Assembly (NCBI RefSeq): GCF_018350175.1
Contig: NC_058368.1
Location: forward strand, 16,246,001-16,310,000
Source of the DNA: Felis catus
Lineage: Eukaryota
Length of the DNA: 64,000 nucleotides
Direction of reading: 5' to 3'
The notes under the pieces: generated by a model
What the model saw: only the letters and a program-made list of their open reading frames with translations
What the model was told of the DNA's origin: nothing
Databases searched by the model: none
Position numbers and translations under genes: made by a program
Part shown: positions 13,211 through 26,024 of the stretch, piece by piece
Numbering within the stretch: position 1 is the stretch's first letter
Layout: each line of letters starts with the position of its first letter

Positions 13211-15083
13211 GATGGAGAGCTTTTTAACAACAGGTATTTCTTTGTCCACAGCTTGATAGACTAGATACATTTCCTTCTATGGACTTCTTGAACTAGCACA
13301 GACTCTTTTTTAGAAAAATCCTCATTGAATGTTTACTTTTCCTTTACTGTAGTAATATTTTTTTTGTGGTACCAGTAGTGATGAGTTTAGGGAATGTGTC
13401 CATTGGATAACGTGTTATTACTTTCCCCTGCTCTATCCAAATCACTGTATGTAGACCTAAATTCCCATTAGTTGCCACCAGTCATGTAAGTGATGTTTCC
13501 AGGAGGAAATTTTTATGAATAGGGAAAGTAAAATCACAAAATGTAAGATCATCAGAAGAGCAAGGCAACAAAAAAACCATATCCTCATTTTGGAGTAAAG
13601 ATGATGTTTGAGGAATAGGGTAACAAAAATTCTTCATTATGGGTGGAGAAGTTTGGAGAAAGTGCATTTGTTGTGTAAAGTATTTTAAAAACCAATGAAC
13701 CGTGAGGTGGGCCAACCATGGACTGTCATCAGACACTCATGGTCATCTGGTATACACTTGTGGCTGGCTAAGATGTGTTTCATTGCTGAGTGAGACACTC
13801 CAGGGTTTATGTCCAACATATGATTCTTGCTTCCTTTCAGGTTTCAAGTTCTGTCCCACAATTTTCCAGTGATTCTACAAGGAGCAAAGTCCATAAGCAA
13901 AAGGTTTGAGCTAAAAACATAACCATCAGCAAATATTTAAGATGTTTTTATTTTGTGTTGTTTTTTTATTATTTTCCTGCCTGGTATGCTAGGGAGAAAA
14001 AAAAACTTGAAAAATTCTATATCTTCAAGTTATTAAGAAGATATTTGTGATTTTCATTCTCAGTGTATTATTTAGCCAGGTATATCCCTATTTTCTTTCT
14101 TTTATTTTGCAATGTTCACTATGATGTTAGTGTGGAAAATAAAATATGACTCATATTGGTTATAAAGATAGATTACATGTGTACAAAGAATTCTGACCTC
14201 AAATTAGGAAGTTGAAAATTTCCTAAAATCTGCTCTAGCAAACATTACTGGAAACATTTGTATGATTTTTTTTAAACCTCTCAAAAACATGATTAATTCA
14301 TGTATATTAGTAGAAAATGAGAAAAAAATGGATTTTGTCCAAACCACCTATAAGATACTATTGCCATCTTGACTCTTGTATACAAAAATGGTGGCAGAAT
14401 CAGAAAATATGGAGACTAAAAATTATATATTAAACAAGGAACTTATTAAAGTTATAAAAATGAAATTATAATCTTAATTAAGCCAAAAATGATATTCTAG
14501 TTTCCAGTTGCAGATGCAAGTAGTCATTTCACAATTTACCTTGGGCTGATCGACTAATCTCAATAAAAACTTAAGTGATTCAGAAATGTAACTGTCTCAG
14601 AAAGTAAAACTTCAAGAGCCCTGTCCTCAATACCTCAAGTCCCAGAGTGACAATGGGAGTCCCAATGGACACCTTGGAGAATTTAGCCCCTCCTTCAACT
14701 TTAATTTACCCTGCGGTTAGAGTCTACTACTAAGATACTAATTTTTGAAAAAGAAGATGAGACTAGGAATATGAATAAATAAGTAAATGAGTAAATTACT
14801 AGAGAATCTTGGGGACCAAGAGTAAACCACTTGATCACCAAAAAAACCCAAAAAACAAAAAACAGCAGTAAGAATATCCACTTCACAATTTGTACTAGCA
14901 TCTGTATCACCAAGGACTAATTAGTTCAGAATCCTTGAGAAGAGAACACATTCCTTGAAAAGTAAATAAATATCCTGATGGGTTCTTGCCTTAGAATCGT
15001 TAAAGGATTTTGTGTTGCAAAAAAAAAAAAAAAAAAAAAAAATGTTGAATTAGCAGTAGTCCTTCTACAATGATATTTGTTTC

Positions 15084-15285
15084 TTTTTTTTTTTTTTTTG
15101 AGAGAGAGACAGCCAGCATGAGACAGGTAGAGAGAGGGTAGAGGTTGAGAGAGAGAGAGAGAGAGATAGAGAGAGAGAATCTTAAGCGTGGGAATCTCAA
15201 GCATGGCTTGATCCCATGACCCTGGGATCATGACTGAGCTGAAATCAAGAGTCAGATGCTGAACCAACTGAGCCACCCAGGCACC
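15084..15285 (-). mobile_element. Can-SINE
   Basis: TSD tgatatttgt(t/c)tc. Confidence 0.9.
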
Positions 15286-15319
15286 TGATATTTGTCTCAT
15301 TGATATCCAATTCTGTCTC

Positions 15320-15593
15320 TACTGTTCTTTCATTGACTCTAAGAAGATGAAATCATGATAAATACAATATTTTGAAAAACATTTTATGTGGAAATTATAT
15401 GAAATACATGAAGTACAAACAAAGCATATAACTCAGGATACAAGTTCATACATATAAGACATGAGAAGGTGGCAATTTCATAAGGATGCCTGGATGATGG
15501 TGATTATAAGCCAACATTGGTTATATGATGCATCCTGATTCCGGAGATGTTAAAATGTGAAGAATATGTGCATATTAGAATTGATGAAATATG
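15320..15593 (-). mobile_element. Tc2-type DNA transposon MITE (MER104/Kanga-like)
   Basis: Inverted termini (ttcattgactctaag ... ttagaattgatgaaat) and gatgcatcctgattccggagatgttaaaatgtgaa match recalled MER104. Confidence 0.6.
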
Positions 15594-16507
15594 ACATTTC
15601 TCTTTTTGTGTTGGGTTACAGTTTAGCTTTTCTATTGAAAATCATGTTTTTATTTTAATGTCTACTGTTTTTACAGATTTATTGAGCTATAACTCACATA
15701 CCATAAAATTTACCCATTTAAAGTATATTGATTCAACAGTTTGGGGTACATTTACAGACTTGTGCAACCATCACTATAATCTAATTTTAGAACATATTAA
15801 TCAGTTCTCAAAAATCCTTGTACCTCTTAGCCTCTTTCCTCATTCCCCTGATTCTCCTTCATCCATTTAATAAATACTTATTTAGATATCTTAATTTATT
15901 TCTTTATATATACATTTTATGTTTTATTTTTATTCTTGTTTTATAGCTTGTTTAAATTAAAATATATATATTCTTTAGCTGTTAGAAGATCATAAATTCT
16001 GAATATTTTCTTTCCATTTGAGATAAGTGAATTTTCTCATTGTTGATTTTATTGGCTTTCTTTGTTAACAGTTTTTATCATTTATTTTAGGATCTGGGTA
16101 TGTGTAGGCCTATCTTTATGAAAGGTGGTTCTTCCCTTCCCTCTTTCTCTTTGAGCTCATGCTTATCCCTCTGTTGGTCTTGGAACTAATTCTTACATTG
16201 CCAGATTCATCCTGCATCTGGAAGTGATTTTGATAGTATTGTAGACCCAGACACCAAACCAGTGGGTAGGTTGACTCAGCCCTTGTCATGAAGACACTTC
16301 CGCTTTGTCTAAGTCAGACATGTAGACAGATTCATGTCATAGTCGTAAGAACAATCTGGCCTCTTTGCTTAGCCCCTGCCTTTGGAGAAGGGAATCTTAT
16401 TCAGATCCTAGTATCAAATACTGGGCCTGATTCTGACTATAGTTTTAGTTGTGTTATACCAAAGAAAATGAAATTCTGGTAGATTCTGCTTTAAGACCTG
16501 GACTTGA

Positions 16508-16733
16508 GGGGCACCTGGTTGGCTCAGTTGGTTAAGCGCCAACTTCGGCTCAGGTCATGATCTTGCAGTTCGTGAGTTTGGGCCCGGTGTAGGGCTCTGT
16601 GCTGACAGCTCAGAGCCTGGAGACTGCTTCTGATCCTGTGTCTCCCCTCTCTCTGCCCCTCCCCCACTCATGCTTGCTCGCTCTCTTTCTCTCTCTCTCT
16701 CTCTCAAAAATAAACATTAAAAAAAATTTTTTT
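16508..16733 (+). mobile_element. Can-SINE
   Basis: Full-length; TSD aagac(c/a)tgga(c/a)ttgag. Confidence 0.95.
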
Positions 16734-17281
16734 TAAAGACATGGAATTGAGCTTAGTACCCTAAGCTGTAACTTTGCCTACCACCTTAAATTTCCATCTC
16801 ATTCTGGTCATGATAATATTTAATACTTTTCAGTGCATTTGTACCTTTTTGTGTTTTTAAGTGTTTATTAATACTATGTGTGTTATCTTTCAAATACTGT
16901 GTGTATGTGTGGAGAGAGAGGGTTATCTGTATCTGGAGCCTCAAAGCAAGATATGAAACATCATCTGTACTCTAAACCAGAAAAGTTTTTAAGATGTCAA
17001 ATGAACCTTGAGCTACAGGCTCCTCTCTGATTGCCTCTGGAATGTTTTAGATCTGCTACCCTGCTGATATGTTTGAGGATCCACGTCTTTATTTTTATAA
17101 TGCAAATATTTTTTCAGCTTTATTAAAGCATAATTGACAAATAAAATTCTAAGGTATTTAAGTGTAACCATGAAGTTTTGATATACATATTGTGAAAGGA
17201 TTTCTCACATCTAGGTAATTAACACATCCAACACTATACACACACACATATAATTTGTATTACTATAATATAGTTTGTATT

Positions 17282-17324
<43 letters not shown>

Positions 17325-18211
17325 GTAGGAATATTTAAGTTCTACTTCTTTAGGAACTATCAATTATACAATACAGTATTCTATCAGCTAATCATCATGT
17401 TCTATGCTAGATACTCAGACTTCATTCACCTTATAGCTTAAATTTTGTGCCCTTTTGCCAGCCTCTTCATATTTCCCCTACCTGTAGCCTCTAGCAGTCA
17501 CTTTTCTACTCTCTTTTTCTATAAGTTTGGTTTTTGTTTATTTGTTTGTTTTTTTAGATTCCACATAGAAGTATTCCCTGCAGTATTCCCTGTCTGGCTT
17601 ATTTCACTTAACATAATGCCCTCAAGATCCATCCATGTTGTCACAAATGTCAGGATTACCTTCTTTGTCATGGCTGAATAACATTCCACTATATATATAG
17701 ACACCACAACTTCTTTATCCTTTCATCTGTTGACAGACACTTATATTGTGTCCGTATCTTGGCTATCATGAATAATGCTGCAATGAACATATGAGTGCAG
17801 AAAGCTGATGCCCTGTTTTCGTTTCATTTGGATACATGCCAAAAGTGGGATTGTTGATCACACAGTAGTTCTATTTTTAATTTTTTGATGAACCTCCATT
17901 CTCTTTTCCATACTGGCTGTACTAATTTACATTCCCATCAACAATGCACAGGAGTTCCCTTGTCTCCACTTCCTTGTCAATACTTTTTATTTCTTGTCTT
18001 TTTGATGATAGCCATGCTAACAGGTGTGAGATAAAAATCTCCTTGTGGTCTTGACTTACATTCTCTGATGATTAGCGATGTTAGTACCATCACATGCACC
18101 TGTTGGCTATCTGCCTGTCATCTTAAGGTAAAATGTCTAGTCAGTTTCTCTGTCCATTTTTAATCTGGGGGTTTGTTTCTTTGCTATTGATTGCATGAGT
18201 TCTTAAATAAA

Positions 18212-18423
18212 GTTTTTTAACATTTATTCATTTTTGAGAGACAGAGAGAGACAGAATGTGAGCGGGGGAGGAGCAGAGAGAAAGGGAGGCACAGAATCTG
18301 AAGCAGGCTCTAGGCTCTGAGCTGTCAGCACCCAGCCTGATGCAGGGATCGAACTCATGAACCATAAGATCATGACCTGAGCTGAAGTCTGATGCTTAAC
18401 CGACTGAGCCACCCAGGTACCCC
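18212..18423 (-). mobile_element. Can-SINE nested in L1
   Basis: TSD gattg(c/t)atgagttctt. Confidence 0.95.
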
Positions 18424-20692
18424 GATTGTATGAGTTCTTTATATATTTTGGATATTAATACTTATCGGATATGTGATTTGCAAATAATTTCTCCCATTTG
18501 GTAGCTTGCCTTTTAATTTTGTTGATAGTTTCCTTTTCTGTGCAGAATTTTTTTAGTTTAAAGTGGTCCCATTTGTTTACTTTTACTTTTGTTGCCTTTG
18601 CTTTTGGTGTCAAATCCAAAAAAATCATTGCTAAGACTGGTGTCAAGGGGCTTACCCTCTATGTTTTCTTCTAGGATTTTTATGGTAGCAGGTCTTTACA
18701 TTTAAGTCTTTACTCCATTTTGAGTTAATTTTTGTGTATGGTATAGTATAGTGGTACAGTTTTGTTCTTTATTATGTGGTTGTCCATTTCTTGAAGAGAC
18801 TATTCTTCTCCTATTGTATATTCTAGGCTCCTTTGCCATATATTAATTAATTATATGCATGAGTTTATCTCTGGGCTCTCTAATCAGTTTCTTTGATTTA
18901 TGTATCTGTTTTTATGCCAATACCATACTTCTTTGATTACTATAGTGTTATAATATTGTTGGAAATGAGGAAGTGTGATGTCTCTTTCTTTTTTCTTATT
19001 TCTCAAGATCACTTTGGATATTCAGGGTATTTTTTGGGTTTCATTCAAATTTTAGGACTTTTTTTCTATTTCTGTGAAAAAAAATCCATTGAAATTTTGA
19101 TAAAGTTTGCATTGAATCTATATATTTTTCTGAGTAGTGTGAACATTTTAACAATATCAATTCTTTCAATCTATGATGATGGAATACCCTTCCATGTTTT
19201 TGTGTATTTTCAATTTCTTTCACTAATATCTGATAGTTTTCAGTGTACAGGTCTTTTACTTCCTTGGTTACATTTATTCCTAGGTGTTTTATTCTTCTTG
19301 ATGAAATTAGAAATGGGATTATTTTCTTAATTTCTATTTCTGATAGTTCAGTACTAATACATAGAAATGCAACTGATATTTTTTACTGATTTTTTTTAGC
19401 CTACAATTTTACTGAATTCATTTATTAGTTTGAACTGGGTTTTTTGTTGTTGTTGTTTTGTTTTTGTTTTTTGTTTTTTTGGTAGAGTCTAGGGTTTTCT
19501 ACATATAATACCATGGCATCTAAAAATAGAGATAATTTTACTTCTTTCTTTCTGATTTGGGTGCCTTTTATTTAGTTTTCCTGCTTAATTGCTCTAGTTA
19601 GGACTTCCAGTACTATATTGAGTAAAAGTGTCAAGAGTGGATATCCTTGTCTGGTTTCTGATTTTAGAAAAAAAGCTTTACGTTTTTACCATTGAGTATG
19701 ATGTTAGATATGGGCTTGTAATATATGACCATTATTATGTTAAGATACATACTCTCTACACCTGCTTCATTAAACTTTTATTATAGATAGATGTTGGATT
19801 TTGTCAAATGCTTTTCCTGTGTATATGAGATGATCATAGCATTTTTATCCCTTATTTTGTGAATGTGGTATGTCACACTGATTGATTTGCAGATATTGAA
19901 CCATTTTTGCATCCCTGTAAGAAATCCCATTTGATCATCATATATGATCCTTTCAGTGTACTGTTGAATTCTGTTGGCATATATTTTGTTGAAAATTTTT
20001 GCATTTGTATTCATCGGGAATATTGGGCTTTAATTTTCTTGTAGTATCATTGTCTTGTTTTTGGTATCAGGGTAATTCTGACCTTGTAAAATGAATTTGG
20101 AAGTGTTCCTGCTCTACTTTTTGTTAGAGGAGTTTAAGAAGGATTGATATCAATTCCTTAAATGTTTGATGTAATTCACCAGTGAAGTCATCTGGTCCTG
20201 GGCTTTATTTTGGGGGGGTGGGGGGGGGAGGGGCGAGGGGTTGATTACTGGCTCAATCTTCTTACTAGTAATTGGTTTCTTCAGATTTCCTATTTCTTCA
20301 TGTTTCAGTCTTAGAGATTTTATGTTCTAGGAATTTGTCCATTTCTTTTGGATTCTCCAATTTGTTGGTGTATAATTGTTCATAGTAGTTTCTTATAATC
20401 CTTTGCATTTGTGTGGTATCACTAGTAATGTCTTTCGTTTGTATTTTATTTGTGTCTTCTCTCTCTCTCTTAACTGTTTCTCTCTTTGCAGTAAGAGTGG
20501 CTAAAAATTTGTCCTTTTTGTTCATCTTTTCAGAAAACTAGGTCTTCATTTCATTGACCTTTTCTATTGTCTTTATAGTCTCTATTTCATTTATTTCCAC
20601 TCTAATCTTTGTTATTTTCTTTATTCTACTAACTTTGGGCTTTGTTCATTTTTAGTTCCCTGAAATGTAAATTAGGTTGTTTGAGAACTTCC

Positions 20693-20694
<2 letters not shown>

Positions 20695-20755
<61 letters not shown>
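20695..20755. repeat. (TTTC)n microsatellite inside L1
   Basis: About 15 perfect TTTC units; source of the KERKKERK ORF. Confidence 0.95.
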
Positions 20756-21025
20756 GTAGGTGTTCATTGTGTTGAACTTCCCTCTTCGAATGTTTTTGCT
20801 GCATCCCATAAGCTTTAATAAATTGTATTTCCATTTTTATTTGCCTCAAGACATTTTATTTCTTCTGTGATTTCTTCTTTGGAACATTCATTGTTCAGGA
20901 ACATATTGTTTAACATTTACATATTTTTGAATTTTCCAGTTTTTTTCTGTGCATTTATTTCTTGCTTAATGCCATTGTGGTTCGGAAAGGTGCTTGACAT
21001 GATTTCAGTCTTCTTAAAATGTGTT

Positions 21026-21459
21026 TGATATGCCCTGATTCGAGAGACCCCCCCCCCCCCCCGAAAACAAACCACCAGAGTCCAGAGTCAAAGCCAAGCG
21101 GCAAGGGTCGTTTATTGCAGGTTCGAACCTGGTCCTCCGCGCACTCGTTGCCGGTGACGCTAAGAGGCCCCGAGCAAGGATCTTACAGCTTCTTTTATAG
21201 ACAGGCACAAACAAGTTAGGGATTTTTTGAGGTTACAGAGCTGTTATTGGTTGACATTTAAATTTGACCGCTCAGCAGAACTTGTTTGGTTCCCGCCTTT
21301 ATTTCAAACCACTCAGCAGAACTTGATTGGTTCCTGCCTTTAGGTCAGACTACAACCGGGCACGCCCTGGCTGGTTTCGGGAATGGCTGGGGGGGGGGAG
21401 GGGGGTGTCTTTTCTTTGCAGTTGTGAGTACACCTGGTAATTTTTCTCTTAGTCTCTCA
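21026..21459 (-). mobile_element. Young gammaretrovirus-type ERV solo LTR (434 bp) inserted in L1
   Basis: Minus strand TGAGAGAC...CATATCA, perfect 4-bp TSD tgtt, 41-bp-period U3 direct repeat, CCAAT (21246-21250), TATAAAA (21193-21199), AATAAA (21111-21116), many intact CpGs. Confidence 0.92.
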
Positions 21460-21729
21460 TGTTAAGACTTGTTTTGTGGCCTAACATCTGATCTGTCCTG
21501 GAGAATGCTCTATGTGAGTTTGAGAAAAAATATGTATTCTACTGCTTTTGGATGAAGTGTTCCGTAAATGTCTGTTATCTGGTCTAATGTATAGTTTAAG
21601 TCCTATTTTTCTCATCAATTTTCTGTCACAATGATCTATCCATTGTTGAGAGTGGGTTATTAAAATCCCATATTATTCTTGCATTGCAATCTATTTTTCT
21701 CTTCAGGTCTGTTAATATTTGGTTCATAC

Positions 21730-22175
21730 TCATGTGGAAATGTTAGGGTTCAAAGCCAACAGTCAAGAAAGAATTCTTAAGACATCTTTTGTCCCCAAAG
21801 GTGTTTTTATTAAAGTAAGGGGACAGGACCCATGGGCAGAAAGAGCTGCATTGGGGTTATGAGGAATGACTGGTTACATAAGATATTCTACTCTGTGGAG
21901 GGGAGGGTGCTGTCAGGGTTCCCAGAAAATTGAGTCTATAGGTTTCTGGAGATTGTTTTTTTTTCTTGTAAATCATTATAACAATTGTGAGGTAATTGAG
22001 ACTCAGGTCCTGCATGACTGTGATCTCTATCAGTTAACCATTTGTTTTTTCCTTTCCTTTGTTCTTGGGCAGCCAGGAGTACCTGAGGAATGTCACATGT
22101 ATCCCACCTGGGTGAGGGGGGAGGTTGATTGTTAGCTTGTGCTTTGTCCTTAGCTTGCCTTTGTTTCCCACATCA
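21730..22175 (-). mobile_element. Carnivore ERV solo LTR (family A) nested in L1
   Basis: Shares aagaattctt...gacatctt...tttattaaag...ggacaggacc...gggcagaaagagctgc with the other copies; terminus cccacatca; L1 resumes on both sides. Confidence 0.85.
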
Positions 22176-22229
22176 ATATATTTAGCTGCTTCTATGTTAG
22201 GTTCATAAGTATTTACAAATAATTATCTT

Positions 22230-22420
22230 GGAGGCACCTGGGTAACTCAGTTTTGTTGAGCATCCAACTCTTGATTTCAGTTTCATCTTAGGTCTTGCTT
22301 GATCCCATGGCCTTTCTCTCTCCCTCTCCCTCTGCCCCTCCCCTCTCATGCTTTCTTTCTTTCTTTCCCTCCCTCTCTCTCTCTCTCTCTCAAAACAAAC
22401 AAACAAACAAACAAAAACAA
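22230..22420 (+). mobile_element. Can-SINE (older, internally shortened) nested in L1
   Basis: Head gaggcacctgggtaactcag, CT-rich body, (AAAC)n tail; TSD aaataat. Confidence 0.85.
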
Positions 22421-24159
22421 ATAATATATCCTGTTGTTGGACTGACTTTTTAAACATTTAATAATGGCCTTCTTTATCTGTTATTACAGTCTGTGGCTTT
22501 AAGTCTATTTTGTTTGATGTAAATATGACTACCTCTGCTCTCTGTTGGTTTCCATTTTCTTGGAATATCTTTTCCATCCTTTAACTTTCAGTCATGTGTC
22601 TTAAAGCTGTAGTCTTTTATAGACCACAAATAGTTGATCTCCTTTTTATACATTCAACCATAGGTTGGGGGAATGTTTCTTTGTTGCTACAGTCCTGTGG
22701 GACTTTTGAATGTAATTCCCTTGGGCCATCTTAGCCAAGAGACCCAAGAACCATTCCTTTTGTGGCAGCCATAAAAGCTAAGCCACCAGATGTGTGTATG
22801 AGGTCTTTCCAAGGAGATACTAGCAACTTGGAGTGGGTTAGAGGGAGATGGCAAATCAGGTGTCCACAGGCTACCTTCTCTCCTGGGAGGGTCACAGTCT
22901 GCCTCTAGATGTGTGCTATATTAGAAGCCAGACCCCCAGACAGCAGCTTTTAAAGTGTGTACAAAAACCTTTTTCAGGGAAAGAATGGGAGATGGCCATT
23001 ATTGTTTGTTCCCTTGTCCCTGAGCCTGAGGGGGATAGCTGGTCAAGAACTGTTTTTTGTTTGTTTGCCCCAGTCCTGTGGGATTTGCAAATGCAAAACC
23101 TGTTGACTGTTAGAGCCAGGGGGTAGGCTGGTGCCTTGGGCAATAGCTGCAAAACCTGGGGTGCCAGAAGTGTGTACAAGTTCCTTCCAAGGAGATATTG
23201 GTTACTTAGAGTGAGTTTTAGTGAAAAGGTAGAGGTGGTGTTTGCTGGCTTCCTTGTCTCCAGGAAGGATCATAGCCCGCAGATTATTGTTAAATTAGAA
23301 ACCTGACCCTTGGGCAGTAGCTTTTAAACTATGCAAAAAGGCCTCCTTCAGGGAAATGCTGGGAGATAGGCATTTTTTTGGTCTGCTTCCTCTGTACTGA
23401 GTGCTGGGAGAATAGTCTCAGTAAACCTTTTAAGAACTATGTAGTTACTTGTTCTAGTATAGTGTATCTTGTGGACCTAGACCCATTGGCTTTCAGAGCT
23501 AGGTGTTTTGTGAGGGGGGTGACAGCAGCTGGGGGTAGGGATGGGGGCTTATCCTTCAGGTGAGCATCTTAAAAGTTGGAGCTCTAAATGTGGGGTCCAA
23601 AACCTTGGCTCCATAGAGAGAAGGTGGTGTGATTGGGAGTTTCTTTCCAATTGTATGGGGTTTTGCAGGGTTTGTGGCAGGACCGTGTCTCAGCCTTTTC
23701 TACCCATTTTGATGTGGGTGAGGGTATTTTCTCATTCATCTGATGTGTACAATCCACTTAGCTAGTTTCTGGATTTCTTTCAGAGGGAATGGCTCTGTAT
23801 GTTGCTGTATATGATAGCTCTGATTCAGTAGATCTATGGGAGGAGGTGAGTTTAGGAGGCATTCATGTTACCATCTTGGACCAGAACTGTCTCTTTAAAT
23901 TTTTTTTAGGTCTAGGTTTTTATTTTGTTTCAGAGTGTTGAGAAATAAAGATCTGGTAAAGCTTTTTATGTGGGCCTGGAAGGCATGATGTTTAAAAAAA
24001 TCAATGTGTCAGTAGTACGTAGGATGGAGGCTGAATATAGAATCAGATTTGCGTAGATATTGTTCTAGTGACATGAATTACTAAGGATCTGGAAAAGATT
24101 AGTAGCGATGAAATAATAAAGCTGAATATCAAGAAAAGTGAAGTTATTGGCTATCCTAG

Positions 24160-24866
24160 TGATGAGTTTTTGGGGTGATGGTGGGGTGGTCCGGAGCCGG
24201 TGGCCAATAAAGAATTCTTGAAGACATCTTCAGTGCAAAAAGGTGATTTTATTAAAGCAAGGTGGGGGGGGGGGCAGGACCTGTGGGCAGAAAGAGCTGC
24301 ACTGGGGATGGGAAGAGTGGCTCCTTTTATACTATGAAATTGGGGAGGTAAAGTCAAATGGGAGGCCTCCACAGGGACTTTGATATGCTAGGGAGGACTC
24401 CTAAGATACCTGAGGCCTTCCTATTGTCAAGCTAAGGTTCTTTTTCCATCTAGCAAAGCATTAACATTCAGACAGCAGGGAGTTCCTCTAGAAAAGTTCT
24501 ACTCTGCCTTCCTCAATTATCTGTCAATGGGATGCAGGTTATAAGGAAATTTAATTTTACCTGCCATTTCCTTCTTGCCACCGCTATGGAGAGGTGATAT
24601 TGGGACGCCAGGAAACTGAGTCTATGGGTTTCTGGAGGTTAGGCTATTGATAAATTTGCCTTTTTCTTGTAGTTTACTAAGATATTTTCAACTGATGGAG
24701 ACTCCTGTCCTGTATGACTATGATCTCTATCAGCCATTTGTTTCCTTTCCTTTCCTTTGTCCTTGGGCAGCCAGGAGTGCCTGAGGAATATCACGCACAT
24801 CCCACCAAGTGGGGGAGGGTGCTAACTTATATTTTGCCCCTCAGCCTGCCTCAATCTCCCTCATTA
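24160..24866 (-). mobile_element. Carnivore ERV solo LTR (family A, long variant)
   Basis: tgatgag...ccctcatta termini, imperfect TSD ctag/ctgg, homologous to 21730-22175 and 27102-27585. Confidence 0.85.
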
Positions 24867-25394
24867 CTGGGGTTGAAAATTACGGTAATGGCCTTTTAAT
24901 TGGTGTCTATTTCCTAGTTTCTCTACTATTTCTCTCGTCTCTCTTAGGCTACAATAGTCTAATTTCACTTAGGACAAGCAAAATCTAATTTAATATTTCT
25001 GAAGCCCAGTATATATCAGAGAATATGTTCAGCATTTCATGTATAGTTGTTCATGAAGAGGCTTGTGCAGTGGGGAATACAGCATGGAATTGGGGCAAAA
25101 ATCATCTTAAAGTGACTGAATCCAGATCAAATTCTCGAGGGCTGGCAAGTGTCAGCATCTTCAATTCTCTGGCTATGGTTGGCCCAGAATTGGTGAGGTC
25201 AAAGGAGTTTAGATCCTGCAAGAGAACTTAGGACTGTGCTTCAGGTTATCTTTATTTTCAAATATGATTAGGCCATCTCCTGGCCTGATAGTGGGTGTTG
25301 TTCTTACATTCTTTCAGGAAATGGCCAGGGGGCTAAAAAGGACTTTTCTTTTGTCTGGAAAGCAATGTCTGTCTTTCTTTATCCAGAGAGCACT

Positions 25395-25580
25395 AACTCT
25401 TTCTGCTTACAAGGTGTCTAATTTAATGCTTACAACAGTCCTGAGATGGACTGTCTCAAATCAAAGATGAAGGAACTCAGCCCATAGAAGATTATTAAGA
25501 TTAAGGAAATGGACAAATGGATTCAGAATTGAAACCAGATAGTCAGGTTTTAATGTCTAATTCATTTCATTATTCCATGA
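25395..25580 (-). mobile_element. MIR SINE remnant
   Basis: atttaatgcttacaacagtcctgagatgg...agatgaaggaactcagcccatagaag. Confidence 0.55.
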
Positions 25581-25672
25581 GGCTTTTAAAAACTATTTTT
25601 TTAAACACAACTTCTTTCCAACAATCTAACCATTTTGAGATAGGGAAATTGAAGGACTCCATAAAAATCTGC

Positions 25673-25919
25673 TTTTTTTTTTTTTTTTAACATTTATTTA
25701 TTTTTGGGACAGAGAGAGACAGAGCATGAACGGGGGAGGGGCAGAGAGAGAGGGAGACACAGAATCGGAAACAAGCTCCAGGCTCTGAGCCATCAGCCCA
25801 GAGCCCGATGCGGGGCTCGAACTCACAGACCGCGAGACGCGGGGCTCGAACTCACAGACCGCGAGATCGTGACCTGGCTGAAGTCGGATGCCCAACCGAC
25901 TGCACCACCCAGGCGCCCC
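25673..25919 (-). mobile_element. Young felid Can-SINE with 29-bp internal duplication
   Basis: TSD aaaaatctgctttt; gcggggctcgaactcacagaccgcgaga present twice. Confidence 0.96.
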
Positions 25920-26024
25920 AAAAATCTGCTTTTTATCTCCTTTCCTGCTCTGTTCTTGCTTGGACCTGCATTCCCACTTTACATGTGCCTCATAATGCGA
26001 ATAGTATATGTCCTCCTTGTTAGG

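Larger units (their letters stand above)
17108..23890 (-). mobile_element. Large decayed LINE-1 (L1MA9/L1_Carn7-like): 3'UTR, ORF2 and 5'UTR; ORF1 missing; nested insertions
   Basis: ORF fragments are L1 ORF2 ([18 protein letters not shown]... RT region; TTWMDLEGIMLSEISQ C-terminus; LTPKAKATKVKVNKWD). Endonuclease sequence runs to about 22660, followed by about 380-bp 5'UTR-like repeats ending in a CAAGATGG-type start at about 23880. Confidence 0.9.

Noticed and set aside
17445..20849. ORFs resembling reverse transcriptase/endonuclease pieces
   Set aside because: Fragments of a decayed L1 ORF2 with many stops and frameshifts; not a functional CDS.
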